From: Macrostomum lignano
Lineage: Eukaryota
DNA: 64,000 nucleotides
Assembly: GCA_002269645.1 (NCBI GenBank)
Contig: NIVC01001223.1
Location: 97,186-161,185, forward strand
Reading direction: 5' to 3'
Notes under the pieces: model-generated
Seen by the model: the letters and a program-made list of their open reading frames with translations, nothing else
What the model was told of the DNA's origin: nothing
Database searches by the model: none
Program-made: the position numbers and the translations under genes
In this document: positions 47,751-61,000 of the stretch, one piece after another
Position numbering within the stretch: the first letter of the stretch is position 1
Layout: the number at the start of each line of letters is the position of its first letter

Positions 47751-50689
47751 GTCCCATCCTTTGCCATTGCCTTTCCTCATGATTTAGTTTTTACTTTGCC
47801 CATGCATGTTGATACGTGTCCTAATAACTCGTGTTCGCAAAATGTTATTTTATGAAACTGCATTAAAAAACTAAAACGTGCAAGGCACTGCAAGCGCTCA
47901 CAGATTGTAATAGTAAAATTAAATCTGCTGCTAATCTATCTTTTGTTATAAAACATATTTGCATTTAAACCTGTCCTGTAGGCTGCAGTTGTTCGTGTCG
48001 CATCTTGCGTAGTTTTTTATGAATAATCTTGAGCTTGAGCAGATGTACTTTATACTAATCCCGGTGCAAACAGCTCACAAGTGACCCTAGCGACTCTGGG
48101 GCGACTTTTTAACGACTCAAACGACTGCAATAATGCGACGGGGAGGCGACTGTTGAGTCGCAAGCGCATCACGTGAGTTGCAGAGTCACTTCTTTTCTAT
48201 TTTACCTGTGTTACCTGGGTCGACTCTGGGTCAACACAAGTGACTCCTGGGGCGCTTCTTGACCCATGGACGGCTCCCATGATGTTCTTCCTGTTAATTG
48301 ATGGTGGGCGGGAGCTGTGAGCAGCGGGATATGACAGCACTAATTAATCGTAATGTTATTAACCTTAATAATCAATATACTGGCCTTGCATATAAAGCTT
48401 TACTGTTTGTCTGCACTGTTGCTAATAATGAATTTGTGCCTCGCGCTTTCACGGCTTAGTTGATTATCGGGGACTGGGCCGCTGGGCTGGTTGGCAAAAG
48501 CTGGCAAGTCGAGGAGGCGACAATCGACCCGCAGCCATTCCGCTGACGCCCTGAGCTAGCACACGGATAACAGTGGGTTTCTCATGGTTAGTTAGTTGCA
48601 ATCTCTGTACCTCGGTGGTTGGCTCGCCGCTCTTCTCATGAGCCGAAAGATTCAGGTCAATTTTCGTGCACACGTGTATTGAAAGAGATTGATTTTACTT
48701 TTCACTCCTAAATCGTGTAAAAATCGCTGCGAAATGCAATGGCGAGATAGGAAGATCAAATGCAATAATTGATTGGGATGAAAAACTTGATAACTTTAAT
48801 AACCGAGGCGGTAGTGTTTAATTGCAGGAGTGAGAAAAGGTGCTCGCTTGAGAGCTAGGCTGACAATATTTGCGCGTGGGGTGGCGGTTGAATACAATAC
48901 CATACAAATCTCTAAGCCGGTCAATAACAATCGCCAGTGCTAGTGAGTCAACACTTTAGTGCATGCAACCTATAGCAGAGTTCATCATGTCACTATGTCA
49001 CAAAAACAAATATTTTTTTCTTATCGCCGCACTGTATTTTTATTCGAGGAAATAGGCCTTCAAAAAAGCTACACGATCTTTAAGTTTCACGTCCTGTTAT
49101 ACTACAGTGGTACTTGCGTCCATAGCTATAGCTAATGCGATGCAATTTCCTTGATGATAGAACACTTCGCCAACAGTACAAGCGAGCTATCATCACTCAG
49201 ATTGGCGGGGGAACTCCGAAAGAGGCGATGCAGTGGGAATCATTAGCAGGCCTGACTACATGCAGCCGCAGTTTTGATTGGGAAGGCCGCATAGCGACAG
49301 CCGGGCAAAGCCTTGAACAAGAAGATTGAGCGTGCGAGCGACCAGCCTTAAAAGAGAATTTATGAATAGAGTGAACAGGAAAAGGAAACGCGAGAGAGCA
49401 TAGGAACGAGAAGGAGAAAGAGCGCATTGAGAACACGGGATGGCGACGGGGAATAATGCGTGTGAGAGTGATGGCATGGCAGCTGCGATGAGAGTTACCT
49501 TATGCTTACTATTACTGGGGAAGCTGCGCCCCTCATCTGCCTATCTATATCAATCCCTGTTTAATCCACCCCAATCTGTGTCCTCTGGGCATGCAGTGCA
49601 GAGCCGAAAATTGCATTAATCCGCAACACAATGTGTGCCCGCCGCGCCCGCACACAGGGGGAGAGGAACGGCTCGGTCGACTCAGCTCCTCATCTATACT
49701 TAGTCTCTCCCCACTCCCACGCTGCCTCCGCGTGTCTCTTCAGAAGTTCGAAGGCCCCGCCCCGAGTATCCCCCAGCTCAGAACGCGGCGAGGGTCGAGG
49801 TTGCATCCGCAGCAGCAAATCTCCTGGCCCTTTAGTCTGGATCTCCTGGCCTCAAGCTTCGCTGTCTCCTTGCTTCTTTTGAGACTTTGCGACAAGAAAT
49901 TGGAGTGCTGGGAGAGAGGGAGATGCTAAAGCCGCGAGTCGGGGCGCGCTGTCGCTCCGTTTGAGCTCCGCAGCCCGAGCTGCAGTTCCCTCGCCCCCAA
50001 TCAGTGCCTACGGGCTGTGCTGGTCGCCAAGGCCCGCCACCTCGTTCCTTCTTCCTTCCTTCAGCGCTTCAACTCTCCCTCTGCTCTCTCCCTCCGCCCG
50101 CGGTTTCTCTACTTCCCAACTTCCTTCTCCCGATCCGATGCCTCTAATACCGTCACTGCCGCGGGTGACACACGAGCTTCTGCGGCGCTGCCTCGCCGGC
50201 CACCCAAACTGAAAGAAGAAAAGAATTAGGGGGGGGGGGAGATGCGATAGGACGGCGCGGGGGACGGCCCTGTGTGCCGGCATAAACGGCATGGAGGGAA
50301 GAGAAGGGAAGCAGGGAAAGGGGGCAGCACACAGTGTGGCGGCTGAGCATATATAAGGTAGCTCTGGAGGCTCCCAGCCAGCGCTTCCAAAAAAGTAACC
50401 ACCCCACACTTACCTCGCGTGCGATTCCACATCCTCGTGCAGAGAGAGAGAAACACGGAACGCGTATTGGAACTCAACTACAGTCGAGGCGTACACGATC
50501 GAAGAGTATCAGATTGACGAACTGGGCGGTGAGCGATTGAGTGCACTTCTGCGTAGATTAGTGAAGAAGCAATAACTGTCAGTAGATTAAATAGCAGCAC
50601 CCACCCATTGATAGACTGATCAGCAACCTAAGCAATCGAGTTAAAAAAAATCGAACAATTAGAGGAATTGAAATTGCAGCTTCGTTACT

Positions 50690-51030
50690 CAGCCAGCCAG
50701 CCAGCCACTCACTCAAGTCAGTCAGTCAGTCAGTCAGTCAGTCAGTCAGTCAGTCAGTCAGTCAGTCAGTCAGTCAGTCAGTCAGTCAGTCAGTCAGTCA
50801 GTCAGTCAGTCAGTCAGTCAGTCAGTCAGTCAGTCAGTCAGTCAGTCAGTCAGTCAGTCAGTCAGTCAGTCAGTCAGTCAGTCAGTCAGTCAGTCAGTCA
50901 GTCAGTCAGTCAGTCAGTCAGTCAGTCAGTCAGTCAGTCAGTCAGTCAGTCAGTCAGTCAGTCAGTCAGTCAGTCAGTCAGTCAGTCAGTCAGTCAGTCA
51001 GTCAGTCAGTCAGTCAGTCAGTCAGTCAGT
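50690..51030. repeat. (CAGT)n microsatellite
   Basis: About 78 perfect units. Confidence 0.98.
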
Positions 51031-51453
51031 CTTTGGAGTCAGAGAGCCCATCTCAACCCCAACACTCTCAGCTGGCCTATATTGCATTCTATTTTTGGTT
51101 TGCCCATGTTTTTAATTAAAAGCCGATGGACCGCGGCAGGTGTAGGCACGTACGAGTAACTGAAAAACTCAAAAAGGGATTAGGGATTAGCGAAGGGCCG
51201 AGAGGATCAGAGCCGAAATTTCAAGAGTTAGAACAAATGAAAAAATGAAAAAAAATAATAAAACTAGTCAGAAATTTAAACACGTTCGCATTTTTACGTA
51301 ACTTTTATTAAATCCAGAAGCTTTCCTTTTATACGTCTTCAAATTTCCTTGAAGTTGACTGGATAATAATATTTTGGCTAATTAAAAGCAAAATCAAGAG
51401 TCAACCGCGCACCAATTTCAGAGCAACTTACAGTCTCAACTCACTACTCAAGC

Positions 51454-54400
51454 ATGACTGAGAAGTACAAGCTGATCTACTTTCCCATCCGCTTCCGGGC
51501 CGAAGGCCTCCGTTGGACCTTGGCCTACTCTGGCCTGCCCTGGGAGGACAAGAAGATCATGATGGAGGAGTGGGCCGGACTCAAGCCAAGTGAGCTGTAC
51601 TGTATACTGTACTGTACTGGGTTGTGTCTGTACACTCGGATAGATTGTGTCTGTACACTCGGATGGATTGTGTCTGTACACTCGGATAGATTGTGTCTGT
51701 ACACTCGGATAGATTGTGTCTGTACACTCGGATGGATTGTGTCTGTACACTCGAATAGATTGTGTCTGTACACTCGGATGGATTGTGTCTGTACACTCGA
51801 ATAGATTGTGTCTGTACACTCGGATGGATTGTGTCTGTACACACGGATAGATTGTGTCTGTACACTCGGATATATTGTGTCTGTACACACGGATATATTG
51901 TGTCTGTACACACGGATAGATTGTGTCTGTACACTCGGATAGATTGTGTCTGTACACACGGATAGATTGTGTCTGTACACTCGGATATATTGTGTCTGTA
52001 CACACGGATATATTGTGTCTGTACACACGGATAGATTGTGTCTGTACACTCGGATAGATTGTGTCTGTACACTCGGATATATTGTGTCTGTACACTCAGA
52101 TAGATTGTGCCTGCACACTCGGATAGATTGTGCCTGTACACTCGGATAGATTGTGCCTGTACACTCGGATAGAGGGAGAGTTTTGTCTGCTGTACACTGG
52201 ATCGCACACGCAGCGTATTATTAATGCCGCATCGATCAGCTTAGGCGGCCAGTTCAGTTACAAGACGGCCCCGTTAATAACAGACTCAAAGCAATCTCAG
52301 CTAGCCCTGACTTCGTTAGGGTGGGGGATGGGGTGCAGACCTGCGCAGAGGATATTGCCCACGGCCGGTAATTGGCGCCTACGGGATGTCAACGGTAGTT
52401 CGAGTCGAGTTCCTCGGCTTGCTTAGCTAGAAATCTCCTTACCCTTCCCACAGTTCCCGTTCTTGCCCTGGGTTCCTTATTTCTCTTAGCAGAAGAAGCA
52501 ACTGTCCTACAAAGCAAAATATCTGCTTCCGCGCTCGTGCAGAGAAAAAAAGAAATTTTCCGGCCGGTGTCCTGTCAGTGACCTGTTTTTTATTGCCGAA
52601 CCCTTCCCCTCTGTATCCTCTTCTTGTCTGTCTCCTCTTCAGCATTCTTTCCTTTTTTACATTCTTCCTCACTGAGTCGCCTCCTCACTGAGTCGCCCCC
52701 CCTCACTGAGTCGCCCCCCCTCACTGAGTCGCTCCCTCTCACTGAGTCGCCCCCCTCACTGAATTGCCCCCTCACTGAGTCGCCCCCTCACTGAGTCGCC
52801 TCCTCACTGAATTGCCCCCTCACTGAGTCGCCCCCCTCACTGAGTCTCCCGCCTCACTGAGTCGCCTCCCTCACTGAGTCGCCCCTCCCTCACTGAGTCG
52901 CCCCCCCTCACTGAATTGCCCCCTCACTGAGTCACCCCCTCACTGAGTCACCCCCTCACTGAGTCGCCCCCCCCTCACTGAGTCGCCCCCTCACTGAGTC
53001 ACCCCCTCACTGAATCGCTCCCTCTCACTGAGTCGCCCCCTCACTGAGTCGCCCCATAACTGAGTAGCTTTCTCTTTCATTCCCCCTTCTTCTGCATTTC
53101 TCGTTGTTTCTCATCGATTCAATTAGATATTTTTCTGTTTCTGTTCCCTGTTTCATCCGCCCCCCTCCGCGTGCGACTCTCCTCTCTCTCTAAAATCTTC
53201 TCCTGCCCACCCTTTCACCTGGCTGACTGCGGCTCCCCTGGGAGGCTCTGGGACGCGGAGACTCGATGAAAAACGTGCACGCTGAGTCCCTACACAAGCG
53301 GCAGGTGTTCCGGGAGGCCAGGTTAATCCCATTCCTTGTTTTTTCCAGTCATTCTGTCAGCCTAGGACGGCTACATCGCTACAGCCTTGACGCTTTTCTG
53401 TGCCCCTGAAATCCCCTTTTTTAACCTTCTCCCATGCCCCATCCCCTCCTTCTCCGTCCCTCCTCTGCACGGAATCTCTCGGTTTAGCAGAGGAGCTGGG
53501 GGGGGGGGGCACGTGGCTGCAAGCAGCCTGCATGATGAGTTATTCCTCTCTGCTTCTTAAGTCGCAAAAGTTCCGTGACGAACCGAGCTTGCCAGACCAA
53601 GAAGCCGCGGAGAAGCAGGCGGGCTTCAGCTTGAAGCAAATGGGATTAAAAGAACACAGCAATCCTTGCTCTAATCGCAAGAAGACTTTCTTCTTTCAGG
53701 CTTCTTTAGCCGACCCTAGTTCCGACCTGTTTTTTAGAAATCCAAGAGTCGCAGGATGAAGAATAGAGGCTGCGTGCACGTTTCCCAGGCTCAGAATCCA
53801 TCAAGCAGTGTTTAGGCCTGACTGGGCACACATCTTATTGCCTTGACTGACTCTATTGAAACTCTGCGCGTGTCGGGACTTGCTCAATTAGCCTTGTGTC
53901 CTGGGGGCCACTTACTGGCCTGCCAGCCCAAGCGAAAGGCCCGGAGCAGCCTGGAGCAGCCCTGCGCAACTATTACTACTAATAGTACCTGATCGAATAT
54001 CGCTAGTAGGCAGCAGGGAACACATCATTCACGCATTACCTGTCACATCATCCACACCTCACCTGTCACATCATCCACACCTCACCTGTCACATCATCCA
54101 CACCTCACCTGTCACATTATCTACACCTTACCTGTCACATCATGCACACCTCACCTGTCACATTATCTACACCTTACCTGTCACATCATCCACACCTCAC
54201 CTGTCACATCATCCACACCTCACCTGTCACATCATCCACACCTCACCTGTCACATCATCCACACCTCACCTGTCACATCATCCACACCTCACCTGTCACA
54301 TCATCCACACCTCACCTGTCACATTATCTACACCTTACCTGTCACATCATGCACACCACACCTGTCACATCATGCACACCACACCTGTCACATCTAAACA

Positions 54401-55173
54401 TCTTAAATCCGCAGCCGTGCCGTCCGGCATTTTGCCCTGTCTGGTGACCCCTGACGGCCGCAAGCTCGTCCAGTCGGCAGCCATCGCCCGGTTCCTAGCC
54501 GTCCGGGCTGGCATCTACCCGGCCGGCGAGGCCGAGCAGTGCAAATGCGACGAGTTGATTGCCCTGGTGCAGTGCGACCTCATGGCCGCCTACGAGCAGT
54601 TCCTGCCGCTGCGGCCGCAGGAGGAGCGCCGGCGCGGCTACGACAACTGGAACGAGAAGGCCGCGCCAAGGATTCTGGGCTATTTGGACGGCATTCTGGC
54701 TGACAGCCAGTCGGGCTACCTCATCGGGGACGAGGCAAGCAGATGCTTTGCACTTTTAGTTTTGAAGAAATCGACTCGCACTTGGAGTTTCCTTGCTAGT
54801 AGGGACTTCAAAAGTACCAGCTAGAAATTTACTTAGGAGTTCCCTGCGAGAGTAAAAATAGATCTGTATTGGGGATTTCCCTCGACCTTGATTTGGGATT
54901 CCCCCTGCGCACGTAGAGCACAAAAATAGATCTCTTCTGTATAGGCATTTCCCTGCGCACATACGCAAAAGTAGCTTGAACTACCCGCAGCTGACAGTCG
55001 CCGACCTGCTAGTAGCAGCGGTCGTGGACTCCCTGTCGCAGATCCCAGAGGTCCGAGCGTCGGCCCAGTCCAGGAAGCACCTGACCGCCCACCTGGCCAA
55101 GCTGCGCCAGCAGGAGAAGCTGGCCGCCTATTTGAAGTCGCGAGACGACTCATTTCCCGGCTTTAACGTGTGA
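51454..55173 (+). CDS. Cytosolic glutathione S-transferase, sigma-like
   Basis: Exons 51454-51589, 54415-54734, 54991-55173 give KYKLIYFPIRFRAEGLRWTL...PSGILPCL...QSAAIARFLA...YLIGDE|LTVADL. Intron 2 has a GC donor (GAG|GCAAGC). Confidence 0.92.
51623..52170. repeat. 23-bp minisatellite (TGTGTCTGTACACTCGGATAGAT), GST intron 1
   Basis: About 24 copies. Confidence 0.95.
52665..53065. repeat. ~19-20-bp minisatellite (CCTCACTGAGTCGCCCCC), GST intron 1
   Basis: About 20 variant copies. Confidence 0.92.
54038..54392. repeat. 23-bp minisatellite (CATCATCCACACCTCACCTGTCA), GST intron 1
   Basis: About 15 copies ending next to the exon 2 acceptor. Confidence 0.95.
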
Positions 55174-55629
55174 GCTGCGGAGGAGGGCAAGCAAAAGAAA
55201 AACGCAGGAGGCGAACCGCCAACTGACCCTTTATTTGAGACTCGAAGCGACTAATCTTCTCACTGATTCTAATCATAAATCACGTTTAAGAAATTCAGTC
55301 CACGCTTTTCTCATTAAGCTGTAGAATTTTCAGCTTGTTCGCTACCTAATCATTAATTGTTTGAGTCGGCAATTTTCAATAAATAGTAAAATAAACTCTT
55401 CAAATGAGTCAGCTTTGCACTCTTGTAAGGCCATCAGCAGATAACGGCAAGCAGTCACTGCCGCCTACTTGCCGTCCATTTAAAACTAAGTTGCAAAAAA
55501 TCACAAATATAATGGCCTGAGTTTGAGTTGAAGAAACTGAAAAAGCCTTATGCAGCTAGAAGCGCCATTTGAAGGCTAGAGGTGGCAAAGGGGGTCAAAT
55601 GGAGGTCAAATGGAAGTCTGAGGTGTCAA

Positions 55630-56605
55630 TAATAATAATAATAATAATAATAATAGTTACGCCCCACGCCAGCCACAGAAGTGGCCAAAAGGGGGGAGCG
55701 TCAAATCGCGCGTTTCAGAGCCAGGTCTTTAATGTGCTTCACACCTCGGTTGAGCCTCGCCATCAGGTCCGCTAGCGCGGCGGTGTTAGCGTTCTGGCGT
55801 GGCGACACAAACGGGCAGCGCTCGGACCGCGGTGCCACGGCGTTGAGGTCACCAAGCACCACCACAGTGTCGCGGTGCGCCACCAACTCGAGCTGCTCGG
55901 ACAGGAGCTCGAAGAACTCCTGTGCCTCCTGCTGATGGGCAGCCGTGGGAGCGTACGCATAGAACAGCCGCGCATTGCAGCGGCGCAGCCTCACGTCCAC
56001 GCGCAGCAGTCTGGCTGACAAGCTGACGCAGCAGACGCTCTCGCCTAGCCGTGGTCCGACGAGCGCGCCGACTCCTCCGCGGCCTCTGCTGTCCGCTGAC
56101 GTGTAGTGCAGCGTCCAGCCGGCCCCCAGGTCTTCACGGTGAAGTCCAGACTCAGCAGTGATTGACAACTCCTGCAGCATGACGAGGTCTAGCCGCAGGT
56201 CAGATGCCAGCAGTGCGAGCATGCCCCTTCTCCAGGCGGACTTCAGTGTTCGGCAGTTAAAGGTGGCTAGTCTTAGAGCGCGGTTTGTAAAGGCTGGGGC
56301 CCGGTGTTGGTGGGCCTCACGGTCCCCGGCGCCACCCGGCGGAGCCGACTGGACGGGGATCGGCGGGTCAGAGTTGACTGACGAAGGCGGCCTTTCGTTC
56401 GTCCTCGCCGGTTGCGTTCCCTTCGCCGCTCAATGCGACGTCGGGCGCTTCGCTGTCCACGCCGTCCTCCTGTCCTGCCGCACTTAGCAGCCGCAGCACC
56501 AGGGCGCGGCTCTCCATGTTGGCCGAGGCAAGCGCTGGGGGCTCCAGCGTCACCAGGAGGCAGCGGCATTTATTTGCATCAGGGTGCAGATTAATTTAAT
56601 TTATT
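55630..56605 (-). mobile_element. Internally deleted RTE-like non-LTR retrotransposon (partial APE endonuclease, no RT)
   Basis: Minus frame from ~56290: LRLATFNCRTL...DLVMLQE...GGVGALV...YAPT...VLGDLNA. The ORF ends at 55701, then a short 3' region and a (TAT)n tail at 55630-55655. Candidate 11-bp TSD TGAGGTGTCAA at 55619-55629 and 56606-56616. Confidence 0.8.
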
Positions 56606-56654
56606 TGAGGTGTCAAATAAAGATCTCAAAGATCTTATTTGAGGGTCAAAATAA

Positions 56655-56900
56655 AGTGTCAAATGAAAGTTAGAGGTGTCAAATGGAGGCAAGAGGTGTC
56701 GAATGGAGGTCAGAGGTGTCAATGGGGGTCAGAGGTGTCAAATGGAGGTCAGAGGTGTCGAATGGAGGTTAGAGGTATCAAATGGAGGTCAGAGGTGTCA
56801 AGTGGAGGTTAGAGGTGTCGAATGGAGGTCAGAGGTGTCGAATGGAGGTTAGAGATGTCAAATGGAGGTCAGAGGTGTCGAATGGAGGTCAAAGGTGTCA
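56655..56900. repeat. 20-bp minisatellite (AATGGAGGTCAGAGGTGTCR)
   Basis: About 12 copies; related units also occur left of the LINE fragment at ~55575-55629. Confidence 0.9.
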
Positions 56901-57254
56901 ACTGGCGGTTGGATGTGTCAAACGGATATTAGATGCACGAAGAGGTTCAAAAAAGACATTAAAACACCCGGTTGTTCGAAAAGCTTGCAAACATTAGCCA
57001 CCAGAGAGAAAGGTCGCTAGAATTCGTCAACAACCAATCAGAATCCATTCGAATTCAGTTCCGAATTTCGCGTGTTTTTTAGCGGCGAAGCGAGTTTCAA
57101 TGGGAAGGGAGGTCGCTGACTTTGTTTTGTGTCGCCAGACTTCATTATATTGATTATTGCATACGGGTTTAAAATCACTGCAACAAAGGTAAATTTGTCT
57201 TTAAGTATGGCATAACTTACAGTATCACAGTGGTGAAGAATGTCTCTCTCTCTA

Positions 57255-57790
57255 TAGTAGCGCTCACACCTGTGTATATAGTGCTAACACCTGTTTATAT
57301 AGTGCTAACACCTGTTTATATAGTGCTAACACCTGTTTATATAGTTCTAACACCTGTTTATATAGTGCTAACACCTGTTTATATAGTGCTAACACCTGTT
57401 TATATAGTGCTTACACCTGTTTATATAGTGCTCACACCTGTTTATATAGTGCTCACACCTGTTTATATAGTGCTCACACCTGTTTGTATAGTGCTCACAC
57501 CTGTTTATATAGTGCTCACACCTGTTTATATAGTGCTCACACCTGTTTATATAGTGCTCTCACCTGTTTATATAGTGCTCACACCTGTTTGTATAGTGCT
57601 CACACCTGTTTATATAGTGCTCACACCTGTTTATATAGTGCTCACACCTGTTTATATAGTGCTCTCACCTGTTTATATAGTGCTCTCACCTGTTTATATA
57701 GTGCTCACACCTGTTTATATAGTGCTCTCACCTGTTTATATAGTGCTCTCACCTGTTTATATAGTGCCCACACCTGTTTATATAGTGCTC
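57255..57790. repeat. 21-bp minisatellite (TATATAGTGCTCACACCTGTT)
   Basis: About 25 copies. Confidence 0.95.
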
Positions 57791-58083
57791 AAGGCCACTA
57801 GTGAGTGCACATGCCTGACGAATAGAAAGTCAGGCCCGCTGTACACCCCGTGTGAACGGAATGGGCCAGAATCGCCGTCAGCGCTGGCTTGTAGGAAGAT
57901 GTCGCCGAAGATGTTGCGCCCGGGTGCTCACAGTTCCTCTGCAATAGTATATCATACATGTTACCTGTTATAACTGGGGTCAGCGCCTGCCCCACAGTGA
58001 TGTCACTTAAATCCTAGACTCAGTTGCGTTTATAAAATCAAGGCCCAGCTCAAAATTTACTCCTTCTATTTTAGACTTCAAAA

Positions 58084-61000
58084 ATGGTAAAAATGCCATT
58101 GATCTGCATCTTGGCAGCTACGTTCGGCGTCGCCATTGCAATGAGTTCGGCTTCGGGAGCTTCAGCTGGCGCAGGCTCGGCACGAAGACCCCTGTGCGAA
58201 GCTCCCGCAATCGGGTACGCGAGCGTGACAATCAACTCCGTCTTTCTTCGGAAAGACGCTAGAGAAATAATGGTCCCTCGGGTTCACATTGAATTTATGG
58301 TTTCTGTGAAATTGGCCCTTATTCACACTCTATATTCACACTCCATATTCACACCCCATATTCCCACTCCATATTCAAATCCCATATTCACACCCATTAT
58401 TCACACATATTCAATGGTTCTAGGTCACGGCCAAACCTAAAAAGTCTAAGCTCTGTGGTCAGCAAAATTTCCGACAAAATTTCGGTCTTTAAGATGTTTC
58501 CAATAATTATCCCCAAACAAAACTAGAAGTTCGAGCTCGAGAGACAGCTTGCTTCCCTCCGTCCGAGTGAACACGACAGACCGACTGGCGTCTCTGCGAC
58601 GCTGGATGGCGCATCGCGGAATCCACTGGTACCTGGAGACCGGCCGGGACTCCAGCCTGCTGAGAAGGACCGAACCAGCTGATCAGTTTCTGCGCTGGCT
58701 AAGCGGCTTCTCCGGCTCCAGCGGTGCGTGGTCTGGACTCGAGTCTCGGGGCGCTCGGACTCCGGGTCTCGGGACGCTTGGACTCCGGGTTGGACTCGGG
58801 ATTAGGGAGGCTTGGACTCGGGATTAGAAAGGCTTGGACTCGGGATTAGAAAGGCTTGGACGCGGGATTAGGGAGGCTTCGACTCGGGATTAAGGAGCCT
58901 TGGACTCGGGTCTCGGGATGCTTGGACCCAGGAATTGGGATGATTAGAGATTTGGATAAAATCTGATAGCAGCAACGGACGAATTTTCTGCAGCTAAAAA
59001 AGCTGAGCTTGACGTTCACGCGCTGGTAGCGGTGTTTACCGGCTGTCTGCAACACAGGCGCCGCTCATCGTCAATCAATCAAGTCGGCTTGCTGAAACTC
59101 GCAAAGTGGCCCTCATTCACTGCCAATTTGTCACTTCGGCAGTGCCTGTCACCCCTTCCCCTCCCAGTTGCGAGCCGGGGGTATTAGCCTTGACATTCGC
59201 CTAATCGCTTTAATTGCCCGAAGGGGAGCCGGTGCTGAAGCACGAAAACAGATGGCCGGTGCAAGACCGCACTTGTGGCCTATCAACACTTTCTGGGTAA
59301 TAAAAGTTTCACTTTGCACTGTTCGAAACCCGTGTAAGTTTGGCATTTCGTGAATGTCAATATCGTTGATTTGTCGATTTGAAGAAATTCTGAGCGCTAC
59401 AGCGAATTTCAGCAGCAAATTTTACGATCTTGTCGTTTCGTCCGATGTTAGACCCGGAAAAGCTTAACTATAAAATTGTATTATTGTAGATCGGCAACTC
59501 TTAAAATGCAGATTAGCACAGATTCGCTTTTGCGTTGAATTGGGTTTTAGCAGAGACGAATCTAATTTATAATAACAATAATAATTGATTACACCAGTAT
59601 GTGCAACCGACAGCTCAGCCGCAGCTATTGCGCGGCGCATCTGAAGGCTGCGTACGGCTGTTCAGTCCAAGGACTGGTCGCCACGCATACCCGCAATTAC
59701 CCCAGCTAATGCTGGCACCCATTTTACAGCTGGGTGAACTGAAGCAATGCAGAGTTAAGACACTTAAGTGTCTTGCTCAAGGACACAAATTGTTCCGGGT
59801 GGGTCGAGAATCAGTCTTGAGTCCGACGCTCTAACCACTAGGCCACAACCCTATAGTGTTTAGAAAAATACACTGTCACAAAGTGAATAGGAACAACTGA
59901 AAATTAATAGAAGCTTTCACGTCCTTATTGCGCTGGCTCACTTCAAAGTAATATTGTGGTAAGTTGCGCGTCTGGTTAATAGTAAAATTAAGGATGTGAG
60001 CACTAGCATTTTTGGTAAGCGCCTCGCGTCAGCCTTTGCCCTGTTTCTCCGGTTGCATTTTTCAAGACAACACACATGCAACCTGCTCTCTTTGTGATTC
60101 GGAATCTTATACGGTAAGTTATTCACGAACTATCCGATGCTTCCGCAGGTGAGGCTCTGATTTCGCACAGCTGGGCTCGCCTGTTCACTGACAGTCGGTA
60201 CGCGGTGCAGGCGGACTCCGAGCTCGACTGCTCAAACTGGCAGCTGAGCACGGACCAAACAGTCCAGGACTGGATCTCAGAGTACTCTGGGCCGATCGTC
60301 ACTCTGGCCTTCGACTCCAGCCGCATACCCTGGACCGACTGTCCAACGCCGACTCCCAACGCCTGAAGCTGCTCGCCCTGCTGCCTGGCCAACCGGCCGA
60401 CATTCTGTGGACGTCTGGCCGGCCGCAGCGTCAGCGGCGCACCGTCTACCCGCTGGCCAGTCGGTACACCGGCGGCATCTCCTGGCGGGAGAAGGTGGCC
60501 TCCGCCCGGCTGGCCATGGCAGCGAGAGGAGCCGCCGCTCTGTCCGTCACGGCCCTGGACGAGGTCGCCTACCTGCTGAACCTGCGCGCTACCGTGGTGG
60601 CCGGCCAGCCCTACTTCCGAGGCGTCGTACTGCTGCTGCGGAACTCCACCAGCCCGATTGTGTTTCTGGACAGTGGCGTCCTTGCCAACCCGGCCGTTCG
60701 GCGCCACCTTCAAGGAGCCACTGTGCGCGACCTGTCTGAGCTGGCAGCATTCGCCGACTCGGCGAAGTTTGGTGGCAGCTCCGCGAATCGCCTCTGGGTC
60801 TCCAGAGTGCACGCGTCTCTCGCAACCGTGGCGACTCTTCTGGGCCCGTCGACAGACCCGCTGAACCGTTCGGCCGTGGAGAACGTCATCCCGTATCGCA
60901 CCCCGATTTATTATGCCAAGTCGGTCAAATTCACTTTAGAGCGCGTTGAGTTCGCCGCCTGCAGCCTGCTAGACTCGGCCGCTCTGGTGGCAGCGCTGAG

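Noticed and set aside
49135-49329. 64-aa ORF with IGG...FDWEG spacing reminiscent of DUF4806/BEN-like transposon domains
   Set aside because: Too short, middle residues fit poorly, and no TIRs or neighbouring transposase found; needs an HMM search.
50205-50430. Purine tract followed by TG...TATATAA...CA, like a PPT plus LTR
   Set aside because: No second LTR, primer-binding site or gag/pol remnant in the window.
52665-53065. TGAGTC repeats in GST intron 1 as AP-1/antioxidant response elements
   Set aside because: Most units read TGAGTCG, which fits neither TGAGTCA nor TGASnnnGC; only about three copies match AP-1.
53200-53950. GC-rich stretch and ORF 53400..53759 inside GST intron 1
   Set aside because: No recognisable domain, splice pattern, TIR or TSD.
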